Source of the DNA: Vitrella brassicaformis CCMP3155 | Taxonomy: Eukaryota > Protista > Chromerida | DNA: 64,000 nt | Assembly: GCA_001179505.1 (NCBI GenBank) | Contig: CDMY01000982.1 | Coordinates: 62,001 to 126,000 of the forward strand | Direction of reading: 5' to 3' | Part shown: piece after piece, positions 60,701-64,000 of the stretch | Layout: every line of letters starts with the position of its first letter | Numbering within the stretch: the first letter of the stretch is position 1 | Position numbers and translations under genes: made by a program | Notes under the pieces: generated by a model | The model's input: the letters and a program-made list of their open reading frames with translations, nothing else | The model's database searches: none | Told to the model about the DNA's origin: nothing

Positions 60701-61914
60701 CCCTTCTGGCGTGTCGCCTGTTGGTGGGCCTCTGCGTGCGTCGTTCGCACGAGATCGACATCTTCGCCCAGGCGCTGACCAAGGCCGTGGAGGGCACCAG
60801 CGAGGCCGCCCTGATGGAGATGCTGCTCGTGGGGGTCAGGTGCCTCACACCCGTCAACACGCTGCAGGTACCAGAGAGAGAGAAAGAGAGAGAGAAGGGG
60901 ATCTTCTGTTTGTCTTTCCCTTGTGTGTCTGCGTAGATATGGGTGCAGAAGCTGTCTTCGCTGAACCGCATGCAGACGTCAAAGTACACCGGCATCCTGG
61001 CCTACATGGCCATCCTGCGGTTAGTCACATGGACCACCAAACACAACTCGGGAGACCTGTGTGTGCATCTATCTATGTGTGCAGGGATTTGGGTGAGTAT
61101 GAGGTGTCGTTTCGCGAGGAGGAGGGAGGGTTCCCAGTGGAGGAGGCGACACTCAAGCTTCTCAAGGCAGTCGAGTAAGCAAATCACCACACACCCACAC
61201 CCACAGAGAGAGAGAGAGAGAGACATGCACCGTCGTGTATCACTGCAGGAAGGATCCCCGGCAGCAGGCCTTCGCATACGAGTGTCTCGCGGCTGGTCTC
61301 GACGCCGGCTATGTCCCTCCGGCTGTGGGCGAGATCGTCAAGAACGACGCCATGGCGGTCATGGACCAGAGCACCCTCTCCAAGACGCACCACAAGCAGA
61401 AGGGGCAGTCGGGCGGCCGCAGGAGCGCCATGAATGAGGCCGCCATGGAGTGCGCTTGGCCAGATATGGTTGCAGGTATAGAGGTTGACAAGGGAATGAA
61501 CGGATGAATGGATGGATGGATGTCTCTGTCTGTGTGGGTGGTCATGCATCGATCAGATTTGTATGTCCGTGTGTTGAGCCGCGATGTGTATTCGAGCCCT
61601 GAGGCGGTGGTGCAGGCGCGAGACGAGGGCGCGGAGGAGGTCGCCAGGCTGCTGCCATCACACGCCATCACCATAGTCACACGCGCAGCACGGTAGGTGA
61701 CACATCCCCCCCACTCCCCGCTCCCCAATGCCTTTATCATGGTGTGTGTGTGGTGTGCAGCAATCGCTCAATGGTGTCTCTGCCGTCCGCCCTGCGCGTG
61801 TGTGTGTCGGCCATCCTGGCCAACGAGCGTGCGACGGAGCACATGGAGCCGGTCGGCCTCGCACACCCATCACAGGCCTTCAAACAGGACACCATCGTGC
61901 CCTTCAAAGTGGAC

Positions 61915-61948
<34 letters not shown>

Positions 61949-64000
61949 TAGAGAGATGATCTGCACACGAGTGTGTCTGTCTGTGTATGCGTCTCCCACG
62001 TGCAGGAGCTGGACACCTACCTCCGTGCCCCCCTGCTGGTCCCCACATGGGTCTCCAGCGGCGTGGCAGAAGACGACATGGACGATGAGGACGAGGGAGA
62101 GACAGAGACGGAGGGGCGGCAGGTGGTCGGCCCACGGGTGTTCCTCACCCACAAGTCGCCCTGGCAGTGGGGGGAGTACCACCACTCGCAGCCATCCAAC
62201 AAGAAAGACCTCATCTGCAAATGGTGGGTATGATAAGAGAGGGAGAGAGAGAGAGAGAGAGAGGCCGGGAGAGAGTGTGCGTGTGTCGTGTGTAATGCAT
62301 CAGCTACTTCATGGCGGCCTGCTGGGCGAGAGAGGTCCTCAACACGCTCGCATCGGCCTACGACCACTTCCTCAATCAGCGGGCGGTGTTCCGCGCTAAG
62401 AACAAGGCCAGGCAGCGACGGTCGGGTGCGCGTAGTGGTGGTGCTGGTGTGTTCTCGCCGATGAGGGGGATGATGGAGGAGGATCCCACGGTGGAGGTCA
62501 AGATGCTGCACAGACTGATGCAACAGTAAGTTGGTTGGTGTGCGTCTGCTGGAGAGTGAGATGTGTTTGTGTGTGTGTGCGTGGGTGTGTTTGTGTGTGT
62601 AGGTACGAGATGTGTGTGGGGATAGAGGAGTCCCTCGAGCTGGCCGTCCGGCTCCACCCCGCCTTCAAGCTGCCCTCATCAGAGCTCCCACCAAACGCAC
62701 AAGACATCACCGACATCATGCAGGCACGCACCTCTCCATCCCCTCCTCCCACCCCACACATATGGCTATTCATTTGTGTGTTTGTGTCGCCAGGGAGGGA
62801 GGGAATCGTTCAGAAGCGCTGCTGGTGGTGCTGGTGGTGGGGGTGCGGCCGCCAAGCCGAAGGCCGCTGCCAAGAATGGAGGCAAGGGCGGAGGCAAGAC
62901 AGAGAAGGAACACCAGATCAAGACAGCAGGTACACACACCCCCATCCATCCATCCATCCGTCCATGCCTCCCTCTGCCGGTGTCGGTCCACAGAGCACGT
63001 GTTGCGTCAGCTGCCTCCGGTTTCCCCCAAGGTGCTGCACCTGCTGCGCGTCCTCACTTTGCGGCCCAACGAGGACGTCGACATGGATGTGCCGATGCCC
63101 GAGCTGTCCCCGCCCACCCTCATCCGGCTGGTGGCCCTGCTGCGGCACACCATGCGCCTCACCTTCTACGCGCAGCCCTTCCTGTGTGTGGATGTGGGCG
63201 CAAAGGAGGCCGCCACAGCCAAGGACAGCAAGAAGAAAGACGTAATCGCAAGGCACCCCACCATACCACCCACCCACACCCCATATAGGTGTGTGTGTGT
63301 GTGGATGTCAGGATGACGAAGCGTTCGATCAGGCCCACACACACCGTGCTGTGTACCGGTTTGTGCCGTCGAGTCGCGCGCGAGGAGGCGGCGGGCTGGT
63401 GGCGACGCTCGGCGGTGTGGGGAGCCGCGAGCACGAGGCGAGTGTTGTGGGTGAGGGCGGGATTGGGCTGGTGGAGGTGTCGCTGATGCTGCTGCGGAAG
63501 GTTCTCGGAGAGAGGGTCAACGAACTGCATCAGTTCAAGGTAAGCCTGCAGGAATGTGGTAAGTCTTTGCGTGTGGGTGGTGGGTGGAGAGTTTCTGTGC
63601 TTGTGTGTGTGTGTCTCTGTCTCTCCTTCGCTGTGTCTCTGTGTGTGTGTGTGTAGGATACTCAGCTAGCCGATCGCAATGAGAACGAGCAAGCAAAGGT
63701 GGGTGCATGGGCACGCGCTTATTGCATTGCGTGTGTTGGATACGCTCGTGTGTTGGTTGTGTGCGCTGCAGGTGTGTGAGTTGTGTGAGGAGCTGGAGAG
63801 CATCCTGCTCGCCTTCGGAGACTTCATCTACTTCCTACCGACACTCATACACATCAAGTGAGAACATAAGCCAACCAACCCTCCCTCCCCGTCCCCACTC
63901 TCTCTCTCTCTTTGAAGGCCCTCTGGCGTCCGGTGTGCATCCTCAGTGTTAGCCGCCGCCTCCACGGCCATCCAAGACACCCAACAACAACAACAGCAGC
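57726..64000 (+). CDS. FANCD2: Fanconi anemia group D2 homolog (3' truncated by window)
   Basis: SLCRLLLSI..LQRLLAKALIDLL..IPQLILKQFR|YMEGRV..LLDVFELA..QREVLRLLPSL parallels FANCD2 SLIRLLLGI..LQ..IPRLIVSQLKWLDRV..QHDIITSLPEI; VLEFVRSAPVPVVRLL..QLLVVTTKHV parallels ILDYLD..QIRKL..HLVIRKQL. Compared from memory, not aligned by software. Confidence 0.75.

Noticed and set aside
1-64000. tRNA/rRNA genes, transposase or reverse transcriptase ORFs; the many antisense ORFs in the track
   Set aside because: No T-loop/D-loop cloverleaf or rRNA signature and no DDE, RT or integrase motifs were seen. Antisense ORFs mirror GC-rich exons or translate microsatellites (CVCV, HTHT, ERER).

Overview
Eukaryotic, GC-rich, very intron-dense nuclear DNA. 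Introns are short and full of (CA)n/(TG)n/(GA)n microsatellites. This style, plus two members of a lineage-expanded orphan family, suggests the chromerid alga Vitrella brassicaformis (inference, not a database result). All gene models were spliced by eye, so outer coordinates are approximate, and most entries in the ORF track are intron-spanning or antisense artefacts. About 17 loci are present: an orphan-domain + ankyrin-array gene, a SOS1/NHX7-type Na+/H+ antiporter, a 1-Cys peroxiredoxin head-to-head with a DUF1989 gene, a TKL kinase-ankyrin gene (with a 300-N gap and a +1 frameshift), a double-bromodomain protein head-to-head with a BMT5/DUF2431-like methyltransferase, ribosomal protein eS8, a small low-complexity gene, a decayed tandem kinase-SANT-HDAC mosaic, two orphan-family genes (one with TLDc), an LRR protein, a ~10-kb type I membrane protein gene and a FANCD2 homolog that runs off the right end. 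The most interesting signal is an ankyrin cassette with one repeat per phase-0 exon. Its framework is conserved, its predicted binding positions are hypervariable (DARPin-like), and it is grafted, with introns and 3' flank, onto two unrelated N-terminal domains. No tRNA, rRNA, CRISPR or recognisable transposase was seen.
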